From positions 27,173-91,172 of the forward strand of contig CAYLWB010000002.1 in assembly GCA_964387375.1 (NCBI GenBank): a stretch of DNA of 64,000 nt, read 5' to 3'. Shown one piece after another: positions 19,470 to 28,064 of the stretch (its first letter is position 1; every line of letters starts with the position of its first letter). The position numbers and the translations under genes are program-made. This stretch comes from an uncultured Candidatus Peribacteria bacterium. GTDB taxonomy: Bacteria > Patescibacteriota > Gracilibacteria > UBA1369 > 2-02-FULL-48-14. Below the pieces are notes generated by a model. That model was given only the letters and a program-made list of their open reading frames with translations, ran no database searches and had not been told where the DNA came from.

Positions 19470-20962
19470 CCATGAAAATCACCGCATCTCACCTCTACAA
19501 CTACGATGCCTGCCCCCACAGGGTTTGGCGGGATGCTCATGACAACCCGAACCTGAGAGATGATCCGAATGAATTCGTTCAGCTCCTCTGGGAGCAAGGG
19601 ACTCAGTACGAAAAAGAAGTCCTTGAAAACATGGAGGGCGACCAGTCTGTTTTAGACCTATCTATCCTTCCCAAGGAAGAGCGTGCACAGGCCACTTTGG
19701 ATGCTATGAATCGTAAAGAGCCGCTTATTTACCACGGACGCTTGGAAGTAGGTGAATTGCTTGGAGAACCCGACCTGCTGGAACTCCAGCCCAATGGGGA
19801 ATATATGCCTGTAGATATTAAATCAGGGATGGGTCTGGAGGGAGGAGACGATTTCACCGAAGGAAAGCCTAAACGGCACTATGCACTGCAACTGGCACTT
19901 TATGTAGATGCACTCAGGCAGCTTGGTTTTGCCACTCACTACCATGGAAAAATCTTCGACAGCACAGGTAAGATGGTTTTGTACGAACTCGACAAACCAA
20001 AAAGTAAAACGGCTAAGGTGACTTGGTGGGAAGAGTATGAAGAAGTCCTTATGGTCACGAGGAATATCTTGCTCAAAAAGATTCAAACAAAACCTGCACT
20101 TGGAGCAACATGCAAAATGTGCGTTTGGTATAGCAACTGCAAAAAAATCTGCATTGATGGAGACTATCTTTCCCTCATCCCTGAGCTTGGTCGTGCCAAG
20201 CAAGAGGCATTTGAAGGACTGGTTTCCACAGTTCATGAACTCGCAGCTTTGGATCCTGAAGATCACATTGATGCGAAAGGCAAAGTAAACTTGCCTGGCA
20301 TCGGTGAATCCACTCTTCGCAAACTCCATCAACGAGCTGAGCTGCTTTCCAGCGGATCCAAAGACATGCTGGTGACGACCCCCTACACACTCCCTCAGCG
20401 AAACATTGAACTCTATTTCGATATAGAGACCGATCCCACTCAAAACATAGTCTACCTCCACGGAGTTGTAGAGCGGAGAAACGGCGACAATGCAAATACC
20501 AAATTTCACTCCTTCCTAGCAAAGGGCGTGAGCAATGCTGAGGAGCGTGAAGCCTTTCAAAAGTTCTGGGATTATATCCGCTCTCTGGGTGGCGACTTTG
20601 CCGTCTACTACTACAGTAAATATGAACGGACCCAGTTCCGAAACTTAATGAAAAAGTTCCCGGGCATCGTTGATGAAGATGAGCTTGAGTACTTCTTTGA
20701 TAATGATGCATCCATAGACCTCTATGAGTTGGTCAAAAAGCACACCGAATGGCCTACCTACAACTACTCCGTAAAAACTTTGGCCCAACATTTAGGCTTT
20801 AATTGGCGAGATGCCAATCCCTCTGGGGCCGCCTCCATTCAATGGTTCAATGAATGGTGCAAAGACCAATCACACGAAAAAATGCAGCGGATTCTTGATT
20901 ACAATGAGGACGACTGTGTTGCCATGATGGTACTCAAAGACGAGCTGGCTAAGCACTGCTAG
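19466..20962 (+). CDS. RecB/Cas4-like PD-(D/E)xK nuclease fused to a DEDD (RNase H-fold) exonuclease; TM0106-like
   Basis: EPDLL...PVDIKSG nuclease motif; Cys cluster CKMCVWYSNCKKIC; exonuclease motifs YFDIETDP and YNEDDCVAM. ATGA overlap with the upstream gene. Confidence 0.65.
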   Translation: MTMKITASHLYNYDACPHRVWRDAHDNPNLRDDPNEFVQLLWEQGTQYEKEVLENMEGDQSVLDLSILPKEERAQATLDAMNRKEPLIYHGRLEVGELLGEPDLLELQPNGEYMPVDIKSGMGLEGGDDFTEGKPKRHYALQLALYVDALRQLGFATHYHGKIFDSTGKMVLYELDKPKSKTAKVTWWEEYEEVLMVTRNILLKKIQTKPALGATCKMCVWYSNCKKICIDGDYLSLIPELGRAKQEAFEGLVSTVHELAALDPEDHIDAKGKVNLPGIGESTLRKLHQRAELLSSGSKDMLVTTPYTLPQRNIELYFDIETDPTQNIVYLHGVVERRNGDNANTKFHSFLAKGVSNAEEREAFQKFWDYIRSLGGDFAVYYYSKYERTQFRNLMKKFPGIVDEDELEYFFDNDASIDLYELVKKHTEWPTYNYSVKTLAQHLGFNWRDANPSGAASIQWFNEWCKDQSHEKMQRILDYNEDDCVAMMVLKDELAKHC

Positions 20963-21015
20963 TCATTCAGAAATGCTCTCAGTCCCTCAATGAGCCTGTC
21001 GCAATTTAAAGCGAC

Positions 21016-22077
21016 CTAATCCACCTTTGGATATAAATCTGCAAAATCACTCGGGTTTATTCGATCTATGAAGCTCACACCTGCGGCCTTTAATGCTTGG
21101 TAGAATTTTAGACGCTGATCATCGTCATTGAGATAATTGAAGTATAGGGCCACACTCCCATCTGAGGAAGCCGTTAGGAATACTCGAGGACATTTATTGA
21201 AGTATTTTGGTTTGATAGAGCCTGCCTTCACACCCGTTCCGAAGGAAACTTCATCCGCCGTTTCTTGCAGGAAGTTTTTGAGCTTAATGAAGCAATCAAA
21301 TTGTTCCTTGCTCAGTCTGCTCTTGGCATCCGCAATCACGCTCTCCATTGTCCAAGATCTCTTGGGAGTATTACTGGTTTTCACTGCTATGTCTTTCTTC
21401 ACTTCAGCCCCGAAAATCTTCGGGATCATGATCTCAAAAGTATCGTGTTTGTAGTACTCAAGCTCCACCGCATAGACATCAAATTGGCTGTTCTGATTCA
21501 GGAATACGATGAGATCCTTGAGGCGATCGTGCAGTTTGTCCATCAACACAACGAATTTGAAATTCCCTTCATTCAGGTTGCTTTTCACGCTCTCCCAAAA
21601 GAAGCCCAGATCGTCTTGTTCAAATCCAAAGAACTCTTTGAGCTTCTCATCCACTGGCATGTGGAAAAACTTCTGGCTAGCTCGATCAATTGCAGATGTG
21701 AACTCTGGGAAATCACTCCCTCGTTTCCAGAGTGAAGCTCCGTAGTCCAAAACCTGAGCAACCACGGTTCTTTTATCTGCATTTTTGTACAACTTGGTTT
21801 CCACAAGATAGATGTTTCCTTCCGCATCAACTCCCAGAGCGTCGATGGGGCCGCTATCCGTCTGATACTCTCTCACTAAGATAAGAAGCTTGATGTCCTC
21901 CTTGATATCATAAAGCGGAATGGAACCTGGATTTTCGTAAATATACTGTTGCAGGTGATCCTCCTTGTCGAAATTGGACTGCTCAAGTTTCTGAGCATTT
22001 CTCCCTGATTGAGATACGATGATCGTCATATTTTTGGGTTTATAAACAAAAGGGACAACCTGACTTGGCAGTCCCAC
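21016..22077 (-). CDS. hypothetical protein with N-terminal PD-(D/E)xK (NucS/DUF91-like) motif
   Basis: IDALGVDAEGNIYLVETKLYKN gives the D...E-x-K signature; the rest is unrecognised. Confidence 0.5.
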   Translation of the reverse strand: MGLPSQVVPFVYKPKNMTIIVSQSGRNAQKLEQSNFDKEDHLQQYIYENPGSIPLYDIKEDIKLLILVREYQTDSGPIDALGVDAEGNIYLVETKLYKNADKRTVVAQVLDYGASLWKRGSDFPEFTSAIDRASQKFFHMPVDEKLKEFFGFEQDDLGFFWESVKSNLNEGNFKFVVLMDKLHDRLKDLIVFLNQNSQFDVYAVELEYYKHDTFEIMIPKIFGAEVKKDIAVKTSNTPKRSWTMESVIADAKSRLSKEQFDCFIKLKNFLQETADEVSFGTGVKAGSIKPKYFNKCPRVFLTASSDGSVALYFNYLNDDDQRLKFYQALKAAGVSFIDRINPSDFADLYPKVD

Positions 22078-22266
22078 ATTCTTGGCTCACACAGAGTCAA
22101 TTCAGCAGGCAAGTAGGTTGCCCCAGCTTGCACTGAATTGACGTATAAATACGTGTGAGAATGAAATGTAGGACTGCATGCGTATCCTACAACACTCGGC
22201 CTCTGTTGTGAATGGATTTGCATATGTATTAGGTTAAATCCCAACACACAGATGCCAGAGCGGAGC

Positions 22267-23784
22267 TTAATGTCTAGTCTTAAATCGAATTATGTTCCCA
22301 CCTGTACTCTCTTTGGTGAATCCCCCATAAAACTGATGCATTGTGTTTATAAGCATGGAAATTGCGTCTGGTAAGTCATCGTGCTTCAGCCCCTCATGGA
22401 AGTTCAGCAACTGCCGTATTGGGTAATCGTAGTCTTTTGGAAAAAAGACATGACCTCTCTCCATTGGAAATGTGGCTGCCTGCAAGCGACCTACTTTATC
22501 TGTTGAGTGATTTTTTACCCTACACACATGGATATCACCATTTTCAGACAATTCCGTTTCAATATTGCTAGCCAATAGTTCCTGCGCCCCATTGGATTCC
22601 ACGATGATTTTGATGGTCAATTTTCCCTTCTGACCGTACTTATAGATGAACCATTTTAGTTTTTGGATTAAATCTGGCATCGAAAGCCTCCTTTCTAAAT
22701 ATTTCGGTAAAAAATGGACTTCATATCTTCCCCTAATAAGATAAACATAGGCCGCTACTACGGCCGTAAAGTCTGCACTTTCTTTCAGGGAGAAGGCGGG
22801 GTCTATGGCAATCACCATTTCTTCCAAACGGCACTCAGGTCCACTTGGCAACTCTTCTTCTCGCTTTATCCATTTTGGATGGACGATCATCTCGTATTCA
22901 GAGCTGGGCATCAGCAAGTACTCTCTATTAAACATGAGCGTTCCCCCAACTTTCATTCGCAATTGTTCCATTTTATTATCTGGAAATTTCTCAGGCCAGC
23001 GAGATTTTCCATTTTCATCCAGCAGAGGGATTTTGAGGAAGAGGCCTTCACCCCCCTTATCTACCAAACTCTCCTTTAGCCTTAGAAGGTAGGACTCTTC
23101 ATGGATTATGTTTCCGATAAAAAAGAAACGTGTTCGTAAATTGTGTCCCGCTGGCATCAGATCCGCTAGTATTTTTCGATACATTTTGTCACGTATATCT
23201 TGGGATCGTACCGAATCCACATCTTCAAGATCATCACAAATGATGAGTTCGGGACGGTTATGTCCGAACTTTATCCCACGATACCCCTGATTCTGAGATA
23301 CGATGGTTATTCTTGCGCCGTAGTAAGGAAGATCAACGTCGGTACTGGACCATGTCTGACCTTCGCCATTTTTTTCAATTTTAAACGGCCCAAGATCTTG
23401 TTTTAACAGCTCATTCTTCCCTAATTCGATCTGTATGTTTTCCAAATAACGCTCTGCTTGGTCTTTCGTCTTTGCAACAATGAGAACGAACTTGAGTTTT
23501 TGAACGCCCATGATGGACCATAGAGGGAGGCAGGTTGTAAAAACTGTTGTTTTAGCGGACTCACGAAAGGCACTTACAATCACGTACTTGAACTTGGTTT
23601 CTTCGCAAGCGTCAAAGTAGCTTTGGTGGAAAGGTGCGAAATTGTACTCCATATGTTCGTGGAAGTAGACGGACATATAGGCCTTGATGGAGTGGCGAGT
23701 AAGTTCTCGGCGGACTTTTGCACTTTTCAGTGCTTCAAAGAGGGGTTCATTCATTGGGTGGTGGGGTAAAGGAATTTTTGGCAT
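22267..23784 (-). CDS. phage terminase large subunit-like protein
   Basis: ATPase region (VSAFRESAKTT, LIICDDLED) and a C-terminal RNase H-like nuclease region (IAIDPAFS, VESNGAQ, KHDDLPDAI). An alternative ATG lies at 23754. Confidence 0.7.
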   Translation of the reverse strand: MPKIPLPHHPMNEPLFEALKSAKVRRELTRHSIKAYMSVYFHEHMEYNFAPFHQSYFDACEETKFKYVIVSAFRESAKTTVFTTCLPLWSIMGVQKLKFVLIVAKTKDQAERYLENIQIELGKNELLKQDLGPFKIEKNGEGQTWSSTDVDLPYYGARITIVSQNQGYRGIKFGHNRPELIICDDLEDVDSVRSQDIRDKMYRKILADLMPAGHNLRTRFFFIGNIIHEESYLLRLKESLVDKGGEGLFLKIPLLDENGKSRWPEKFPDNKMEQLRMKVGGTLMFNREYLLMPSSEYEMIVHPKWIKREEELPSGPECRLEEMVIAIDPAFSLKESADFTAVVAAYVYLIRGRYEVHFLPKYLERRLSMPDLIQKLKWFIYKYGQKGKLTIKIIVESNGAQELLASNIETELSENGDIHVCRVKNHSTDKVGRLQAATFPMERGHVFFPKDYDYPIRQLLNFHEGLKHDDLPDAISMLINTMHQFYGGFTKESTGGNIIRFKTRH

Positions 23785-24169
23785 TCAAAAGCTTGAGAGC
23801 ATTTTGTAAAATTTCTGTTTCTTTGTTATTGAGTATGTCACTTCTCTTCTGAAGAAGTTGTTTTTGTGCTAGTTTGGAGTTGTAATCAATGTGATGATTT
23901 TTTAGCCAGTAAATTATCCCAGTCATATTTCCCGACTGGATGGCTTTTATTAGTTGTGCTTCAGCGACGTCATTCACCTCATCTTTACCGCCTTGCAGGG
24001 CAGTTTCAGCGGCTTCTCTGAACTCTTGATCATGGTCGATCCACCTGTAATAGGTGGCTCTACTGACGCCCATTTTTTCACAAGCCGCACGGACGATCGG
24101 CATTTTCTTCAACTGGTTTATCAGTTGTTCTTTGCGAATATCCTGCTTGGTTTCTGTTGTCATGGTCAT
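23747..24169 (-). CDS. HTH protein, terminase small subunit-like
   Basis: N-terminal HTH (ACEKMGVSRATYYRWID), placed immediately upstream of the TerL-like gene. Confidence 0.5.
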   Translation of the reverse strand: MTMTTETKQDIRKEQLINQLKKMPIVRAACEKMGVSRATYYRWIDHDQEFREAAETALQGGKDEVNDVAEAQLIKAIQSGNMTGIIYWLKNHHIDYNSKLAQKQLLQKRSDILNNKETEILQNALKLLNAKNSFTPPPNE

Positions 24170-24939
24170 GGCGTTAAGAAGATAGGCTCAATCCCTGTCA
24201 TTTTTTTGAACCGATCGACGATGACTTGGCAGTACTTCGGTTCAAGCTCCATAGCAAAGCATCGGCGTTTGGCCTGCTCTGCAGCAATCAAGGTGCTACC
24301 CGAGCCCGCAAATGGGTCAAAGACGGTGCCGCCAATTTTTGAGGAATTTAAAATCAAGTGACGCATGAGCGGCATAGGTTTCATAGTTGGGTGGAGTTTG
24401 TTATTCTTCGTCTTTGGATAAATTAGAATGTTCTTATCCTTGGACTTGTAAAACTTGTGAGTCCCATGCCACCCGTAAGCGATAAGCTCTGTCTGTGGTA
24501 GGTAGTCGAGCCTTCCTATGTTTGCTGATGTTTTTAGCCAAATGAGAAGCTGCTTGAACAAAAACTGCTCAGCCTTCAGCCCGTCTAGGAGAGCGTGAAT
24601 CATGCGGTCGCAGTTGAAGATATAAAAAGCATTTTTCTCTGCAAGATACGGCTTACAGGCCCTTAGCCAATCCTGTGTGAACTTCGTGTATTCTGCGTGA
24701 GATTGAAGTTGGTCATTGGCAATGGGAATGTGACGGCTAGACAGTTCATCTTTGCTTTGGACTACGGCCACTCCATACGGCACATCTGTGGCGATTAGAT
24801 CTATTTTCTGGCCTTGCATGAGCTTTTGAACATCTGCTTCACTTGTGGCATCGCCACAAAGTAAAGAATGTTCACCGAGTTGTATTAAGCTCCCTCGCTC
24901 AATTGAGTTTGAGGGCCTTTGAATTGGTGAATTTTTCAT
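24166..24939 (-). CDS. DNA methyltransferase (N4-C/N6-A, beta-class order)
   Basis: Catalytic DVPYGV followed by AdoMet motif FDPFAGSGSTLIAAE. Confidence 0.85.
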   Translation of the reverse strand: MKNSPIQRPSNSIERGSLIQLGEHSLLCGDATSEADVQKLMQGQKIDLIATDVPYGVAVVQSKDELSSRHIPIANDQLQSHAEYTKFTQDWLRACKPYLAEKNAFYIFNCDRMIHALLDGLKAEQFLFKQLLIWLKTSANIGRLDYLPQTELIAYGWHGTHKFYKSKDKNILIYPKTKNNKLHPTMKPMPLMRHLILNSSKIGGTVFDPFAGSGSTLIAAEQAKRRCFAMELEPKYCQVIVDRFKKMTGIEPIFLTP

Positions 24940-26170
24940 AGCGTGTGATGATAAGTGAGGCGAATAAAGGATCTAGTTCAACGAGAAGGCACCGACGGTT
25001 CATTTGCTGGCATGCTGCCATGATTGAGCCACTACCTCCGAAGAGTTCCAGGACGTAATCGCCTGGTTTGGTGCAGCGTCTGAGCATGCGTTCGTAGATA
25101 GTGGGACTTTTCTCCGTTGGATGTGAATATTTGGCTGAAGGGAGCCGTTTTTCTAACCAAATGTCTAACAAATCTAGGATGTCGTCGTGTGCACGGTTGC
25201 CTGTGCCGACCTCTTTGTTCATGATTTCTGCAAAGGAAGTGTGATAGCTGGAAAGAAATGGTTTACCTCGTGTGCCGTAGCAACAAGGCTCATAGCATCG
25301 GTTGAATGCGATTTGAGGAGTGACCATTGCGGAATTTTTCAGCCATAGGCATACCCGTTGCTGTTTGATTCCGCACTCCGCATACAAACTTTGGATCAGT
25401 CCAATGTAGTTCTGATCCGAGAATGTGAAGTAATGGCAGTCTGGTTGAGAAACGGCTACAGTGTTTTCTAAAATCTTGCTGAGGAAGCTTCGGTAATCCT
25501 CATCTGATTTGTTGTCATCGACGACAGTCCCGCCGTATTTTCCTTTTGTACCTATCCCCTTGTTATAGTCCACTTTTAGGTTATAAGGTGGATCGAGTGT
25601 GACGAAGTGAACTTTTTTGTCGCCAACAAGTTTTTGCACGACTTTTGGATCAGTGCTGTCCCCACAGGCCAGCAGATGCTGGCCTAACTGATAGTAGTCG
25701 CCTTCCTTTACGAAAACTTCTTTGATCTCCTTCAGTTCTTCTTCTAGATCGAAATCGTCATCTTCTGTTTCGGATACGTCGTCCCAGAGATGCTGAAGCT
25801 CCTCAGAAGAGAATCCAACATCTGTGAGAAGGTCTAGATCGAACTCACGGAGAAGGTCAAAATCCCATTCTCCTGTATTTTTGTTCAATCTTATATTCAA
25901 TTCACGCTCTCGGTCTTCATCAGGAATGTTCACATAGAGTACTGGTATTTGATCAAAGCCTAAATCAGCCGCTGCTTTCATTCTCTGGTGTCCTCCAATT
26001 ACGATGTTTTTCCGATTGGGAGCGTTGTTGACGATAATTGGCCCCAACAAACCGAAGCGTTTTATACTTTCCTTGATCTGTTCAAATGCTTCTGGGGTTA
26101 TTTTTCTAGGATTGTAGGGAGAAGGGTTAAGATTTTTAATTGGAACGAGAACTGATTTTGGATTGTCCAT
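24899..26170 (-). CDS. ParB-like nuclease domain fused to DNA methyltransferase
   Basis: ParB/Srx motif VIGGHQRMKAA, then LDPPYN and ELFGGSGSIMAA. ATG at 26170 (MDNPKSV...) is preferred over the longer ORF. Confidence 0.85.
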   Translation of the reverse strand: MDNPKSVLVPIKNLNPSPYNPRKITPEAFEQIKESIKRFGLLGPIIVNNAPNRKNIVIGGHQRMKAAADLGFDQIPVLYVNIPDEDRERELNIRLNKNTGEWDFDLLREFDLDLLTDVGFSSEELQHLWDDVSETEDDDFDLEEELKEIKEVFVKEGDYYQLGQHLLACGDSTDPKVVQKLVGDKKVHFVTLDPPYNLKVDYNKGIGTKGKYGGTVVDDNKSDEDYRSFLSKILENTVAVSQPDCHYFTFSDQNYIGLIQSLYAECGIKQQRVCLWLKNSAMVTPQIAFNRCYEPCCYGTRGKPFLSSYHTSFAEIMNKEVGTGNRAHDDILDLLDIWLEKRLPSAKYSHPTEKSPTIYERMLRRCTKPGDYVLELFGGSGSIMAACQQMNRRCLLVELDPLFASLIITRYEKFTNSKALKLN

Positions 26171-26261
26171 TTGAGTGGGGTTAAAAAATCGTCCCCATTT
26201 TGCTATGAACAAAAAAACGGGAGAATCTCCCGTTTTCAAACACACTTCTCCCGTTTTTGAA

Positions 26262-26819
26262 TTATGTCCTCACTGTATTATCTACAAGATAACCCCTGTT
26301 TCGTATTCTCTTTGCAAACACCCCATTCAGGCCGATTTGACTATCTTCTAAATTCAAAAATCTTTTAGCCGCTCTGATCCCTAAACGGATTCTATCTTTC
26401 ATTTTTTCTCCTTCACGTGGTGGCAGACCCTGATCCCGAAGAAGATTCTCTATCTGTCGCTCCGTACAAATTCCAAACTCATCCTGTGTTTCAATCAATG
26501 CTCGTATCACTAAAACGTGAACGGAATTCATTTTTGGATAAATTTTCTTGCCACAAACAACTACACAATCAGGCTTAAAAACAATGGCTAGCTCTCTAGG
26601 TTTTGAGCGCATGATTTGGACTGTTTCCAGTTCTAAATCAAATGTGTCACCCTTGATCCATCCGTGTATTACTCTTACTGGTTCCAATAGCGCTTCTTCG
26701 AACTCCTTTAGGATGTCGGCCACGTCGTTCAGTCTTTCGATAAAATCGCTCATGCTATTCGCTCCAGCGTAATCCATTTGCATCCCCGAGGCTGTGACCA
26801 TATTGTTGAAGCTTTGCAT
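26262..26819 (-). CDS. hypothetical protein
   Basis: 185-aa ORF in the same operon, no recognised motif. Confidence 0.5.
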   Translation of the reverse strand: MQSFNNMVTASGMQMDYAGANSMSDFIERLNDVADILKEFEEALLEPVRVIHGWIKGDTFDLELETVQIMRSKPRELAIVFKPDCVVVCGKKIYPKMNSVHVLVIRALIETQDEFGICTERQIENLLRDQGLPPREGEKMKDRIRLGIRAAKRFLNLEDSQIGLNGVFAKRIRNRGYLVDNTVRT

Positions 26820-26845
26820 GTCTACATTTTATTAACTGCTAGATC

Positions 26846-27127
26846 TTAACGGGTTGGGCATTGATCTAAAGAAAGAAGATTGTTGTTATAATATCCATCC
26901 GCATAAGTCCGCAAATAAGGATTCTGTCCAAGCTGACGCACAACTCCAACATCGGATCGACGACGATTGGTCGGATCTAAAACATAAAACGTATCCGTAT
27001 TATTTTCGATGTTTTGAATGACCTTTTCCCTTGTCGCAAACCAGCCATACCCACCCAGATGGGTGATGTGCTCATGAGTGCTGTCGAGATTGGGCTTAAT
27101 GATACATGTTACCTCTAGATCTGCCAT
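26846..27127 (-). CDS. DUF3892-like small protein
   Basis: VTCIIKPNLDSTHEHITHLGG... resembles the DUF3892 core (recalled from memory, not searched). Confidence 0.55.
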   Translation of the reverse strand: MADLEVTCIIKPNLDSTHEHITHLGGYGWFATREKVIQNIENNTDTFYVLDPTNRRRSDVGVVRQLGQNPYLRTYADGYYNNNLLSLDQCPTR

Positions 27128-27138
27128 GATAGTTTTGG

Positions 27139-27315
27139 TTAAGGTTTATTGACTTTAGTGACGCCTTTGAATGGCCCGGGTGACCTCTTACCGTCCATAA
27201 ATTTTCCGTCATCTCCCATTTTGGTCCAAACGTCCGTCTTGGGGTTATAAACTTGCTTGCGGTCACGGACAGCCCCATGTCGTCTACCGTCACCTTTCGG
27301 AGGGTTAGCTGCCAT
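27139..27315 (-). CDS. small basic hypothetical protein, first gene of the leftward operon
   Basis: ATG at 27315 (MAANPPKGDGRRHG...) sits downstream of a good sigma70-like promoter. Confidence 0.4.
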   Translation of the reverse strand: MAANPPKGDGRRHGAVRDRKQVYNPKTDVWTKMGDDGKFMDGKRSPGPFKGVTKVNKP

Positions 27316-27340
27316 ATCTGTAAAATTAAGAAACGAGCGA

Positions 27341-27369
27341 ACTATAGCGAATAAAAAGAGAATATGCAA
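27341..27369 (-). promoter_or_regulatory. candidate sigma70-type promoter for the leftward (terminase/methylase) operon
   Basis: Minus strand reads TTGCAT, 17 nt, TATAGT. TTCGCT direct repeats spaced 10 bp apart (plus-strand AGCGAA at 27336-27341 and 27346-27351) flank the -10. Confidence 0.35.
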
Positions 27370-27423
27370 GAACTTATTACGAAAACAGGTGGACTCTGTA
27401 CTACTTAAAGTGATATCATGTAA

Positions 27424-28044
27424 ATGAAGTTAATCTACGCCATGCTCGAAAGTCTCACTGCAAGCCAACAAAAGGTATTTCGTTATTACGAGACATTCTT
27501 TCAAGAAAACCATCGGCCTCCCACTTATGAAGAAGCGGGAAGGGATTTGGATGTGTCTCCAAGCGTTGTATACAATCACATCAAAAACCTAGAAAAAAAG
27601 GGCTACCTGAAATCATCTTCTAAATCAGAAGGGCGTGGTGTTGAGCTTTTTGGTCATACCCAAGGTATCCCAATCCTTGGGAAAATTGCCTGTGGAGAAC
27701 CCATTCAAGTATTTGAAGAAGCGGCTGAGCCAATTAACGTTCCAAAAGCTATGCTCAAAGGGCCTGGCCCATTTTATGGACTTTATGCAGAAGGCTTCAG
27801 CATGATCAATGCTGGTATCAGCCATAAAGATATCCTCATCATTCGGAAGCAAAACGATGTGGATGATGGAGATATTGGAGTAGTCATTTTAGGTGATGAT
27901 CCTACGGAGGAACGAGCCACATTGAAGCGGGTCTACAAGAGGCCACAATCCGTCATTTTGAAACCAGAGAACGATGATTTCGAGTCCATTGCAGTGGAGA
28001 ACTGCCAAATTCGTGGGAAACTGATCGGTCGTATCACGTATTAA
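27424..28044 (+). CDS. lexA: LexA-like S24 peptidase repressor
   Basis: N-terminal wHTH (PPTYEEAGRDLDVSPSVVYNHIKNLEKKGYL), cleavage region ...IACGEP..., catalytic Ser in GFSM and Lys in TLKRV. Confidence 0.85.
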   Translation: MKLIYAMLESLTASQQKVFRYYETFFQENHRPPTYEEAGRDLDVSPSVVYNHIKNLEKKGYLKSSSKSEGRGVELFGHTQGIPILGKIACGEPIQVFEEAAEPINVPKAMLKGPGPFYGLYAEGFSMINAGISHKDILIIRKQNDVDDGDIGVVILGDDPTEERATLKRVYKRPQSVILKPENDDFESIAVENCQIRGKLIGRITY

Positions 28045-28064
28045 GAAAAGACTCATTAATTTAC

